Positions 26,881-35,659 of a stretch of 54,195 nt of DNA are shown one piece after another. The DNA comes from an uncultured archaeon (GTDB taxonomy: Archaea > Aenigmatarchaeota > Aenigmatarchaeia > Aenigmatarchaeales > Aenigmatarchaeaceae). The translations under genes were made by a program, and so were the position numbers. Where the stretch lies: positions 1 to 54,195 of the forward strand of contig CAYGBE010000092.1 of assembly GCA_964348065.1 (NCBI GenBank). The letters run 5' to 3'. How positions within the stretch are numbered: position 1 is the stretch's first letter; every line of letters begins with the position of its first letter. The notes under the pieces are model-generated. The model was given only the letters and a program-made list of their open reading frames with translations, did no database searches and was not told the origin of the DNA.

Positions 26881-27345
26881 TCACTTCTCCATTGCAAATG
26901 CATGTTTTTTCCAAAATTTTTCGTCTGTAAAATCAGGACAATATTCACCAGGAAAAATTGTACGAAAACCATGTTTTCCAGGCTTTCCTAAATCATCAAG
27001 AGGACCTGCAATTATAACTATCTGGTTAGTTGGTTTTCTTTTAACATTGTAAACAACATTTACAGAAACTTCATCACGAATCTCTTTTTTTACTTCAACC
27101 CCTTCTGGTAATTCATCTAACGAAACTACAGCATCTAAACCAATTGGATAAGGCATCTTGACTTCACGTACAAGCAATTCTCCAGAGTAATCTCCTATTT
27201 TTCCTAGAGCAAATTCTATTAATTCTTCAGGACTTGAAAAAGCTTCTTTATAAAAAACAGAACCTACTGCTGACTCACCAAAATGTCTTTCTTTCAAATG
27301 TTCCCTAAACTCGCTGTTTGTTTCGAATTTATAGTCCTTTAACAT
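26881..27345 (-). CDS. Hypothetical protein, third gene of the CARF-HEPN-like operon
   Basis: 154-aa ORF with an ATG start, 32 nt after the CARF-like gene. No family was recognised. Confidence 0.55.
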   Translation of the reverse strand: MLKDYKFETNSEFREHLKERHFGESAVGSVFYKEAFSSPEELIEFALGKIGDYSGELLVREVKMPYPIGLDAVVSLDELPEGVEVKKEIRDEVSVNVVYNVKRKPTNQIVIIAGPLDDLGKPGKHGFRTIFPGEYCPDFTDEKFWKKHAFAMEK

Positions 27346-27377
27346 TAATCACTAATAAGTAAGTAATATTTAAAAAC

Positions 27378-28808
27378 CTATCGCAATTTTAAGAATCTAT
27401 GACAATTTATTAGAGAATTAAAATCTTTTTCATATATCAAGCATAAATTTTTTAACAATTCTCTATTAATTTCTTTTAATTTTTCATAATTATTTTTACT
27501 AATAATCTGTACTCCATGGGCAATAAAAGAATAGTCTCGGAGCTTAATGCAATCTATAAAATTCTTTAAATCTTGTATAGTTTTTTCTTTCCAGATATCA
27601 TCTTCAATAGCAAAGAGTATTATATGGCCACTTTTTAATGCTGTTTGCAGTGGTAATGCCTTTTCCTCTTTGTAAATTTCTTTAGTTAATTCATCATATT
27701 TATTTCTGGTTTTTATATCCAAAAGGCTATAATCTGGAGATGATGAATCTATACCTATTTTTGCTAATCTATGTTGAGAAACTAGTTCAATGGCTCTATA
27801 AAACCTTGATACCGCATCCTCAAATTTATTTTGTTCAGCACGTCTTTGCGCATTACAAAAAATATCTGCTATTAAATGAGTGGACATATATTCATTTTTT
27901 AATGTATCTATCAACTTCTTATCAGAAAATTGAATCTTATTCAAATATCTTTGAGCAGTCAAATTCATCTTCAGCTGTTGAATATCTAAAGCCCTGACAT
28001 TGTACTGATTAATTTTATTTACAGCTCTTTCTAATATTGGCAAGGATGCCCTATAATTAAAAGAGTCCCAAAACATGTAGCTTTCAGATAGTAAAGATTT
28101 AACTTCAAATTCTCTTGGATCAGGAGCTTTTTTAATAATATCCCTAAAAAGCAAACTCGAGGAAAAATATCTATGATTGTTAAAGAGTTCGATGGCATAT
28201 GTTTGTTCCAAATCCCCGAAAATGTGCAGGGGATTTTTTAATTTAATTAATTTTTCTGTTCCAGGTTCACCTCTCTTTATGTCATCATACCAACCTTCAT
28301 CTATATGTATCAAATCACAACCAAAAAAATCTCCTACAATAGCAGCGCCAGCTGTCATTATTCTCTTTCCTCTAGTAAGGTCAACTGCTATTTTCTTTCC
28401 TTTGAATAAATACAATTTATTTTTAATCTTGCTGTAAACATCAGCTGCATCCATGGCTTTATACTCTATAACATCCTTCTCATATTGGCCCTGAGTAAGG
28501 CCTGTCATCTTTATTATCTTATCCAGAAAATATTTTTCTCCTTCTTTTGTGCAAAGAAAGTAAACCTTTTTCGGTTTTAAACCATTAATTAAAAGAATGT
28601 AATAAGAAGACTCTAGACCCATTGGTATAACAAGCAGATCATATTGTGGTATTTCCCCATTTTTTATCAATTCCTGAGTTTCTCTGGCAAATTTTCTTTC
28701 TATAAAGGGAAATATTTTTCCCCAATACAGCTTATCTGCTTCTTCTTTTCTCCCTTTTATCATTAATTCTTTCCATTCTTTTTTCAATGTATCAAAAGAA
28801 GAATCCAT
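27378..28808 (-). CDS. CARF-domain protein with C-terminal HEPN-like module (Cas02710/Csx1-like architecture)
   Basis: LLVIPMGLESSYY and VDLTRGKRIMTAGAA resemble the two CARF signatures. FEDAVSRFYRAIELVSQHRL and LRDYSFIAHG (R-x6-H) resemble the HEPN part. Confidence 0.6.
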   Translation of the reverse strand: MDSSFDTLKKEWKELMIKGRKEEADKLYWGKIFPFIERKFARETQELIKNGEIPQYDLLVIPMGLESSYYILLINGLKPKKVYFLCTKEGEKYFLDKIIKMTGLTQGQYEKDVIEYKAMDAADVYSKIKNKLYLFKGKKIAVDLTRGKRIMTAGAAIVGDFFGCDLIHIDEGWYDDIKRGEPGTEKLIKLKNPLHIFGDLEQTYAIELFNNHRYFSSSLLFRDIIKKAPDPREFEVKSLLSESYMFWDSFNYRASLPILERAVNKINQYNVRALDIQQLKMNLTAQRYLNKIQFSDKKLIDTLKNEYMSTHLIADIFCNAQRRAEQNKFEDAVSRFYRAIELVSQHRLAKIGIDSSSPDYSLLDIKTRNKYDELTKEIYKEEKALPLQTALKSGHIILFAIEDDIWKEKTIQDLKNFIDCIKLRDYSFIAHGVQIISKNNYEKLKEINRELLKNLCLIYEKDFNSLINCHRFLKLR

Positions 28809-28810
28809 AA

Positions 28811-29548
28811 TTATAATTTCTTACCAACTATTATTAACCTTTTTGTTTTTGCACTTATAGGCTCGCCTTTAAAACTACCAAAATTCTTTATAATTTTTAT
28901 TCCAACTTTTTCAAACATATTCTTTAACTCATGATAAGAATAAATCCTGCAAGAAATTTTCTTTTCTGAAATTTTTCTTTTATTTTTTGAAAGAAATGTC
29001 CATGTAGCATTTATTCTACTCGTTGAAAAATCAAATTTTCTTTCTTCTAAAAGATATCCGGGTTTTAATTTACTCAAACGGCTTTTTCTAAAATGTTTTA
29101 TTATGAAATCTCGATTAGAAACATCCATTATTATTTTGCCATTTTTCTTTAAAGCTCTAGCCATTTTTCTTAACACATCTAAGTTTTCATCATCAGAGAA
29201 GTAGCCAAAACTTGTAAAAAGATTGAGAACGACATCAAACTTATTTTTAAATTTTAATTTTCTCATATCGCCTTGCATGAATTTTGTTTTCAAACGGAAT
29301 TTTCTTGCTTTTTCTTTACATTGTCTTATGTATTCTCTTTTAAAATCGACTCCAACAACATTATATCCTCTTTTTGACAATTCTATTGAGTGTCTTCCTA
29401 AACCACACGCCAAATCTAGAATTAAAGCATTCTTAGGAATTTTTAGAATTTTTAAAATAAAATCTACTTGCTTTTTTGCTTTTCTTTCTTTATTTTTTAA
29501 ATCAAATTCTGAATAAGTTTTGTCAAAAAATTTTTGACACCATTTCAT
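28811..29548 (-). CDS. Class I SAM-dependent methyltransferase
   Basis: Motif I ILDLACGLGRH, with the acidic VGVDF and post-I/II elements (FDVVLNLFTSFGYF). Its stop lies 2 nt before the CARF-like start. Confidence 0.85.
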   Translation of the reverse strand: MKWCQKFFDKTYSEFDLKNKERKAKKQVDFILKILKIPKNALILDLACGLGRHSIELSKRGYNVVGVDFKREYIRQCKEKARKFRLKTKFMQGDMRKLKFKNKFDVVLNLFTSFGYFSDDENLDVLRKMARALKKNGKIIMDVSNRDFIIKHFRKSRLSKLKPGYLLEERKFDFSTSRINATWTFLSKNKRKISEKKISCRIYSYHELKNMFEKVGIKIIKNFGSFKGEPISAKTKRLIIVGKKL

Positions 29549-29579
29549 GTTTTAAATTTTAGAAATTAGGACTTAAATA

Positions 29580-29909
29580 TCACTCGTACTCACGCCATAC
29601 ATGTCCGCATCTTGTACATTTGAAAAATCTTGTTGGTGCCTCATCAGCAGCTCTCATTTGTTGCATCCACCAATAAGCTTCATTATTATCACATTCAGGA
29701 CATGGCACGTCTGTTTTTGGTAAGACATCAACTTTTGCTTTTTTACCAACAACAATTATTTTTCCCTTTTTATCTCCGCTATGAGCACTTATTTTAAATT
29801 TCTTTCCTTTAGAAGTTTTCTTTTTCCCACATCTTCTACAAACAAGAACAATACGATTACCAGATTTCTTTGGTTCCATTAATCCTCCGCATTTAGGACA
29901 GAATTCCAT
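29580..29909 (-). CDS. tfs: Transcription factor S (TFS / RpoM-like)
   Basis: An N-terminal Zn ribbon CPKCGG...CRRCG and a C-terminal ribbon CPECDNNEAYWWMQQMRAADEAPTRFFKCTRCGHVW with the acidic DE loop. Confidence 0.9.
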   Translation of the reverse strand: MEFCPKCGGLMEPKKSGNRIVLVCRRCGKKKTSKGKKFKISAHSGDKKGKIIVVGKKAKVDVLPKTDVPCPECDNNEAYWWMQQMRAADEAPTRFFKCTRCGHVWREYE

Positions 29910-29972
29910 TCAATACCCTTTTACTTTTATCTTTTATTTTGTATTCTAGGAACTATTTAAAACTATCGTTTG

Positions 29973-30422
29973 TTAACCAATGCCAGTAAAATCAACAAAT
30001 AATCTTTTTACCCAACCAAGAAGAGGAATTTTTAGAAAAGCTTTTCCATGAATATTATCCATAGGAATTACTCCCCACTTGCCTTCATCAGTCGAAGGAT
30101 TATTATCGCCTTTAGTTATTATACCTCCATCTCTTATTTCAACAACCCTATGAATTATAGGATATTTTTTGTCAGGAGAATCAAAAACAACAACATCACC
30201 AACTTCAATATTCTTTTCTCCATATACGATCATCATGTCTCCTCTGTAAAATGTTGGAACCATGCTATTTGAGAAAACAGCAACGACAGGAGTTTGAGTT
30301 GCTAAAACAAGACTCAAAGCAATGTTAACACCATAAGCAATTATAAAACCTAGAAAAAGATATACAACAACTCCAAACCAACCTTCAGTGTATTTATCCC
30401 ATAATTTTTTCATTTTACGCAT
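29973..30422 (-). CDS. Signal peptidase I, archaeal/ER type (S26B)
   Basis: SNSMVPTFYRGD (catalytic Ser), IIHRVV (His) and TKGDNN. The track start is a GTG, so the ATG at 30420-30422 was used. Confidence 0.8.
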   Translation of the reverse strand: MRKMKKLWDKYTEGWFGVVVYLFLGFIIAYGVNIALSLVLATQTPVVAVFSNSMVPTFYRGDMMIVYGEKNIEVGDVVVFDSPDKKYPIIHRVVEIRDGGIITKGDNNPSTDEGKWGVIPMDNIHGKAFLKIPLLGWVKRLFVDFTGIG

Positions 30423-31005
30423 GTCCAACTGATTCACCTAAAACAAACCCCGTGGCTATTAAATGAGCAACTCTTAAAGGCTCTGGTATTAAACTCATGG
30501 TTGAAGATTCTTTTATAACTTTGCTTGCATCATTTTTTTTAATTCCACAACATTGAAAACATATTCTTTTATTTTTTATGCTTGTCCAATATATTGGTCC
30601 TGCATCTTCCACACACTTTAATCTTTTTTTAGGATCTGGCATTTGTTTTAATACTGAAATAAATCTTTTTAAGTCTGGTTTTTTTCTATTAACCACAATT
30701 ACTGGTAATTTTGTTTTTTCATAAATTTCTTTTATGTTAACGGTGTTAAAGCCTGCAAATGTTATTCCATCAAGCATTATTATTCTTAGGTCTTTATGTT
30801 TGGTTTTTAAAATTTTTTCAATTATCTTTTCTGTTGCATCTAAACCGTCTATTTCTATTTCTGTTTTTAACAAACCATCTATGAATTGGCCTCCTCTAAA
30901 AATTACTCCAACAAGAACGTCTTTTCCTTTTGATTTAAATTTGAAAGGACCGTCATCCCATGCAACTATTCTTATTTCTTTTTTAATTGTTCTGAATCTT
31001 TGCAT
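30415..31005 (-). CDS. DUF99 (UPF0215) endonuclease V-like protein
   Basis: IRIVAWDDGPF...VLVGVIFRGGQFIDG is characteristic of the archaeal DUF99 family. Confidence 0.7.
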   Translation of the reverse strand: MQRFRTIKKEIRIVAWDDGPFKFKSKGKDVLVGVIFRGGQFIDGLLKTEIEIDGLDATEKIIEKILKTKHKDLRIIMLDGITFAGFNTVNIKEIYEKTKLPVIVVNRKKPDLKRFISVLKQMPDPKKRLKCVEDAGPIYWTSIKNKRICFQCCGIKKNDASKVIKESSTMSLIPEPLRVAHLIATGFVLGESVGHA

Positions 31006-31040
31006 TTAATTACCCTAAGTAATATAATTGTTTTCTAGCT

Positions 31041-31307
31041 TTATTTTTCTAAAGCTCTTTTAAATTCTTCTTTTAAATCTTCACATTGGCCCTCTAAAGA
31101 AGCAGAGGCTTTTTTTAAAAGTCTTTTTGGATTTCTTCCAATAATAACTAGCTTAGGATTTTCAATAAAAGGATGTTCTCTAACAGCAGCTGCTTTTCCA
31201 TTCTCTTCCCAAACCTGGGATGCCAGTAAATTTGTTATAGTTTCTGTTTCATCGTTAAATTCCAATAATAATTTTTCTTTCTCGTCTTCAAGAACTTTAA
31301 CATTCAT
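31041..31307 (-). CDS. rpoL: DNA-directed RNA polymerase subunit L (Rpo11)
   Basis: 88 aa. ETETITNLLASQV...REHPFIENPKLVI...NPKRLLKKASASL fits the RpoL/Rpb11 dimerisation fold pattern. Confidence 0.7.
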   Translation of the reverse strand: MNVKVLEDEKEKLLLEFNDETETITNLLASQVWEENGKAAAVREHPFIENPKLVIIGRNPKRLLKKASASLEGQCEDLKEEFKRALEK

Positions 31308-31329
31308 ACTATCACTATTTTTCTCATAT

Positions 31330-32679
31330 TTATTTAAAGCTTTCTATTAAAAACGTTTTAAACTTATTATAATCTTTGTCAAGATTTAAAACATATTCTT
31401 CTTTGTTTTCTAATCCTTTAAGACTTTCTGGAATTTCTGGTTTTATATTTATTGTTCTTTCTAATTCTTTAGGGAATTTTGCAGGATCTGCTGTTTCTAA
31501 AGAAACACAAATCAAGGAAGTTTTCTCTTTAGACAAGAAATCTTCTAAACCTGCCCAAGCAACTGCTCCATGGGGTTCTAATATTAGCTTGTACTTTTCA
31601 TAAGCATTTTTTATTGTTTCTCTTGTTTTTTCATCTGATATACTTACAGAAAACATATCTTTTCTAATCAAATCCATATCAGGTAATTTATGAATTATTC
31701 CTTTTTCATCCATTCTTCCTCCATACATTGTAACAATTCTTGCAAGATTGCTTGGATGTCCTACATTCATGGCATTGGATATACAAACCTTTGAGGGTCT
31801 TATTGGTTTATATTTTCCAGATTCTAAAAATATTGGAAATTCATTATTCTCGTTTACAGCAACAACAAATTTTTCTACAGGCAAACCCATTCTTTTTGCT
31901 ATTAATCCTCCTGTAAGATTTCCAAAATTACCACAGGGAACTGAAAAAATTATTTTTTTACCATTTCCTAATCTTGAATAAACATAAAAGTAATAAATAA
32001 CTTGAGGTAAAAGTCTTCCGAAATTAATTGAATTAGCAGAAGATAGATTCAGATGTTTTAAATCAGAATCAGCAAAAGCCCGCTTAACCATTGCTTGACA
32101 ATCATCAAATTTGCCATTAACTGCAATTGAAGTTACATTTTTTCCTAGAGTAGTCATTTGTTTTCTTTGTCTATTTGTTACTTCATTTTTAGGAAATAAG
32201 ACTACCACATCAATATTTTCTAATCCATAAAAAGCATTAGCCACAGCGCTGCCTGTATCACCAGACGTGGCAGTAAGAATTATTATTTCCTTGTCTTCTT
32301 CTTTTATGAAAAATTGTATTATTCTGCCTAACATTCTTGCTGCAAAATCCTTAAAAGAAGCTGTTGGTCCTTGACTTAATCTCATAACATAGTTATTTTC
32401 ATCCACTTTTTCTAATGGAATATCAAAATTATAAGCTTCATCTGTTATTCTTTTTAATTCTTTTTCTGGAATTTCCTCTTTCAAAAATTTGTTAGTAACA
32501 ATAAAGGCAATTTCTGCATATGTCATATTTTTCATAGAAAGTATTTCATCCAAAAATATAGATGGAAACTTATTTGGAATGTAAAGTCCTTTATCTGGAG
32601 CTTGCCCTTGAAGTATAGCTTCTCTAAAATTAACTAATTCTGAATTAAAGTTTGTACTGTAATACATTATTTTTGACAT
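31330..32679 (-). CDS. thrC: Threonine synthase
   Basis: The PLP lysine motif GPTASFKDFAAR, with TATSGDTGSA and a 449-aa length, is typical of long-form ThrC. Confidence 0.9.
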   Translation of the reverse strand: MSKIMYYSTNFNSELVNFREAILQGQAPDKGLYIPNKFPSIFLDEILSMKNMTYAEIAFIVTNKFLKEEIPEKELKRITDEAYNFDIPLEKVDENNYVMRLSQGPTASFKDFAARMLGRIIQFFIKEEDKEIIILTATSGDTGSAVANAFYGLENIDVVVLFPKNEVTNRQRKQMTTLGKNVTSIAVNGKFDDCQAMVKRAFADSDLKHLNLSSANSINFGRLLPQVIYYFYVYSRLGNGKKIIFSVPCGNFGNLTGGLIAKRMGLPVEKFVVAVNENNEFPIFLESGKYKPIRPSKVCISNAMNVGHPSNLARIVTMYGGRMDEKGIIHKLPDMDLIRKDMFSVSISDEKTRETIKNAYEKYKLILEPHGAVAWAGLEDFLSKEKTSLICVSLETADPAKFPKELERTINIKPEIPESLKGLENKEEYVLNLDKDYNKFKTFLIESFK

Positions 32680-32683
32680 ATAA

Positions 32684-33541
32684 TCATAATTTTATTTCAT
32701 CTGGATTTAATATAGGTTTTTTAAATTCTGTTCTGTTTTCTATAGCTATTCTTGGACAAGCAGTATTAATATAGCAATCCAAATCTAAACCTTCTAATTT
32801 TTCAGGTTTTATTTCATTAAAAACTAAGATGTAAGCTTTATTTCCTTTATTTTCTAATTTCTTTTCTATATTCTTTGCTAATTCCAAGTTTAATTGTCCT
32901 GGTTTTACAGAAACTAAGATTCCAAATTTCTTAGCATCTTTTGCTAAGGATATAGCAACATATTTTTGTTTTAAGAATTTTTCTTTTAAATCTTTTAAAT
33001 CAGTTATTTCATTTTTTTCAACATTCAAAACATAGATCGGCTTTTTTGTTTCCAAAGCAATTCCTAAAGGATGGAATTTTCCAGACCCTATATATAAAAA
33101 CGCATCAACTTCTTCTTCTATTTCTTTTGCCGAAGAAATATCACAACCTAGGATTTGTCCAGCGTAAAATTTTCCTTTACCTATTTTCACGTTTTTGCCT
33201 TTTTCTTCTAAGAATTCTTTAGCCTTTTCTAAAGAATCTAAGAATTGTAAAGTTGTTATTAAACCGATTTTTTCTTCTTTTATTTTGTTTATTTCCTTTT
33301 CTAAAACTGGGAGAGGATCATAATCTTCTCTTAATTCAACATATTCAACAGGAATATCTGTTTCAAGAATTTTTGAATGTCCATAATGTACTATCTTATC
33401 ACAACCAAGAAGTTTAGCTTCTTGAATAGCTAAATCACAGGCTCCAAAACAGCTTTCACAATCTATTAAAATATCTCCTAAATCATCAGCTATTTCTAAA
33501 ACCTTTCTTTTTAACCCATCAGGAACTTGTAAAATTTTCAT
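32684..33541 (-). CDS. dph2: Diphthamide synthesis 2-(3-amino-3-carboxypropyl)histidine synthase Dph2
   Basis: KILQVPDGLKRK, CFGACD and NTACPRI carry the three Fe-S cysteines of archaeal Dph2. The start was moved to the ATG at 33539-33541. Confidence 0.85.
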   Translation of the reverse strand: MKILQVPDGLKRKVLEIADDLGDILIDCESCFGACDLAIQEAKLLGCDKIVHYGHSKILETDIPVEYVELREDYDPLPVLEKEINKIKEEKIGLITTLQFLDSLEKAKEFLEEKGKNVKIGKGKFYAGQILGCDISSAKEIEEEVDAFLYIGSGKFHPLGIALETKKPIYVLNVEKNEITDLKDLKEKFLKQKYVAISLAKDAKKFGILVSVKPGQLNLELAKNIEKKLENKGNKAYILVFNEIKPEKLEGLDLDCYINTACPRIAIENRTEFKKPILNPDEIKL

Positions 33542-33602
33542 ATTAATGCTTAGAAGTAAAATTTTATAAAGTTTTAAAAGTGGGTTCTTACATATTTTAA
33601 AC

Positions 33603-33890
33603 ATGAAAAAGAAGCCAAAAACGAAAAAACATTGGATTGGTGGGGGCTCATTCATAGCTTCAGGCATAGTTGTTATACTAATCCCTGCAATACTTTATAT
33701 AATATTTGGTGATTTTACTGTATATCTACAAGAATGCTCAGTTTCATTTTCCACTATTGATATTGGTGGTATGACAACTAGTTGTATAGAATTAAGATTT
33801 ATCTATGTTCTATCATACTTCTGTTTGCTTTTTGGTTTGATCCTCATAATATTGGGTATTGCCAAAAAAATTATTGAAAGTAAAAAATAA
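33603..33890 (+). CDS. Small two-TM membrane protein (paralog 1)
   Basis: 95 aa with IGGGSFIASGIVVILIPAILYIIFGDF and a second TM. It is homologous along its full length to the C-terminal half of the next ORF. Confidence 0.6.
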   Translation: MKKKPKTKKHWIGGGSFIASGIVVILIPAILYIIFGDFTVYLQECSVSFSTIDIGGMTTSCIELRFIYVLSYFCLLFGLILIILGIAKKIIESKK

Positions 33891-33945
33891 TTTATCAAAA
33901 GCAAATTGAATTAGTTTTAAAAGCAGGTTCTTCCATATTTTAAAC

Positions 33946-34530
33946 ATGAAAAAGGAGAAAAAAGATAAGAAAAAGAAGGTTAAAAAGAAACCTAAAACTT
34001 TAAAGAAAGAAAAAATTAAGCCTGAAGAAAAGAAAGTTAAGAAGCCTGTTAAAGAAGAAGTTGAAGAACCAAAAATGGAAATAGTACCCGAATTTAATAT
34101 TGAAGAAATTAAAGAAGAAATTCCTGAAAAAAAAGTTGTAAAGGTTGAAAAACCAAAGATTGTGATAAAACCTAAGAAAATTAAAAAGATAAAGAAAAAG
34201 AAGGTTAAAAAGAAACCTAAAACTTTAAAGAAAGAAAAAATTAAGCCTAAGAAAAAAATCGGTGGGGGCTCATTCATAGCTTCAGGAATACTTAGTATAA
34301 TGGTTCCAGCAATATTTTACATTGTTTTAGGTGATTTTACTGCATTTATGGGAAGTTGTGGTTTGCCATTTTCTAGTGTTGATATTGGAAATGAAATGAT
34401 AGTTAATTGCACAGAATTAAGACTTGTTTTTGTGCTGTCTTTTCTTTTTGTATTTATTGGGTTAATACTTGTAGTTTGGGGCCTTGCCAAAAAAATTATA
34501 AAAATGAGAGAATCATCCAAAAATGTTTGA
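33946..34530 (+). CDS. Small membrane protein paralog 2 with a Lys/Glu-rich N-terminal extension
   Basis: It has the same IGGGSFIASG core as 33603-33890, preceded by about 100 aa of K/E-rich sequence that contains a 57-nt direct repeat and an 86-nt segment identical to part of 45009-47144. Confidence 0.6.
   Translation: MKKEKKDKKKKVKKKPKTLKKEKIKPEEKKVKKPVKEEVEEPKMEIVPEFNIEEIKEEIPEKKVVKVEKPKIVIKPKKIKKIKKKKVKKKPKTLKKEKIKPKKKIGGGSFIASGILSIMVPAIFYIVLGDFTAFMGSCGLPFSSVDIGNEMIVNCTELRLVFVLSFLFVFIGLILVVWGLAKKIIKMRESSKNV
33967..34248. repeat. 57-nt perfect direct repeat (33967-34023 and 34192-34248), period 225 nt, in frame
   Basis: aagaaaaagaaggttaaaaagaaacctaaaactttaaagaaagaaaaaattaagcct occurs twice. 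It encodes KKKKVKKKPKTLKKEKIKP. Confidence 0.85.
34111..34196. repeat. 86-nt segment identical, in inverted orientation, to 46804-46889
   Basis: A hand-checked base-by-base reverse complement shows identity. Both copies are coding and give KEEIPEKKVVKVEKPKIVIKPKKIKKIKK. Confidence 0.9.
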
Positions 34531-35268
34531 TATTATATTTATGTAATTGAAATTTTCTAGAAAACTAATTATTATAAATAAAAATGGCGTTGCCAAAAGC
34601 AAGAATAAAATAAAAAGTATTATTATAAAACCTCTTTTGCTCCTCTCTTCTCTGAAACCTAAGAATAAACCTGCTATCAAACCTCCTATATGAGAAATAT
34701 AGGAAACATTACTTGAAGCCTGGCCTGTTAAGACAAGCAAAAAACTTGTTATATTTATCAAAGTGTAAATTAAAGCAACCAACACAAGAGGTATAGGTAT
34801 CAAATAAGGATAAAATATAAATTCAAGGGGTTTTGTTATCATTGAAATTCCCATTAAACCAAAAATTCCTGCAGAAGCTCCGACAGTTGGTATTAAGAAA
34901 GGAGACATTCCCATTAAACCTGTTGCAAGGACAAAAAGGTCTGCAATAAAAGCTGATGCAAAGAACGCTAACAAAAATTTTTTTCTTCCAAGTTCTTGTT
35001 CAACAACTTTGCCAAAAAAATAGAGTGCTATTAGATTTAATACAAGATGCTCGGAATTGGCGTGAATAAATATAGAGGTTATAAAAACCCAGATTTTACC
35101 TTGTACTACATTTAAAAAAGAGAAACCATACTCATTAAAAACAGAATTTAAGAATTCATACCCATAATACCTTTCAAAGAAAATTTCTAAAATAAAAACA
35201 ATTAAACATAGTACAATGAAAAAATAAGTTAATTTTGGTTTTTCGTATCTTTTTACCATTTTAATCAT
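34513..35268 (-). CDS. Rhomboid family intramembrane serine protease
   Basis: GASAGIFGLMG (GxSxG catalytic Ser) and SHIGGLIAG (catalytic His) in a six/seven-TM protein. Confidence 0.85.
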   Translation of the reverse strand: MIKMVKRYEKPKLTYFFIVLCLIVFILEIFFERYYGYEFLNSVFNEYGFSFLNVVQGKIWVFITSIFIHANSEHLVLNLIALYFFGKVVEQELGRKKFLLAFFASAFIADLFVLATGLMGMSPFLIPTVGASAGIFGLMGISMITKPLEFIFYPYLIPIPLVLVALIYTLINITSFLLVLTGQASSNVSYISHIGGLIAGLFLGFREERSKRGFIIILFILFLLLATPFLFIIISFLENFNYINIISNIFG

Positions 35269-35635
35269 AAGGATGTTTAATTAATTTTTCAAATGGCATT
35301 TGTTCTCTTAATATTCCAATTGATAAACCATAATTTCTTGCCTCATTGAGCTTATCCAAACTATCACAAGAGAACTCAAATTGCTTGTTTTTGTAAATAA
35401 CTATCATTTTGTCTTCTTTGCAGACGTGAAGATAAAAATTATCTTTGATTGAAGAATGTGCCTTTTCTACAAAAACATCTTTTTTTTCATCATCTAATTC
35501 AATACAATGGAATGTAAAACTACCCCTTTGGCTTTCTTCTTCTAATGTTGTTTTTCTTGTTTTAACTATCTTAACTAGATCTAAAAGAGACTTATCATTT
35601 AAACTTTCTTCTATTATCACTCCTTTCCAAACCAT
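35261..35635 (-). CDS. Hypothetical protein
   Basis: 124-aa ORF with an ATG start, overlapping the rhomboid gene by 8 nt. No family was recognised. Confidence 0.5.
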   Translation of the reverse strand: MVWKGVIIEESLNDKSLLDLVKIVKTRKTTLEEESQRGSFTFHCIELDDEKKDVFVEKAHSSIKDNFYLHVCKEDKMIVIYKNKQFEFSCDSLDKLNEARNYGLSIGILREQMPFEKLIKHPYD

Positions 35636-35659
35636 ATCTATTATTACAATAACAGAATT

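Noticed and set aside
26881-27345. Tested the idea that the 154-aa partner of the CARF-like gene is a minimal Cas10-like palm or cyclase (mCpol) or a pol-beta nucleotidyltransferase.
   Set aside because: I found no GGDD/GGDEF-type motif (only AGPLDD) and no convincing G[SG]-x9-13-[DE]h[DE] pattern. The call cannot be supported from sequence alone, so the ORF is left as unknown.
33813-34277. Track ORFs antisense to real genes in low-complexity regions: 33813-34277, 46639-47202, 46749-47138, 11639-11998, 13270-13620, 22583-22862.
   Set aside because: They mirror Lys/Glu-rich or repeat coding sequence on the opposite strand, translate to Phe/Leu/Ser-rich low-complexity strings and lack start context. 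The opposite-strand genes have recognisable domains.
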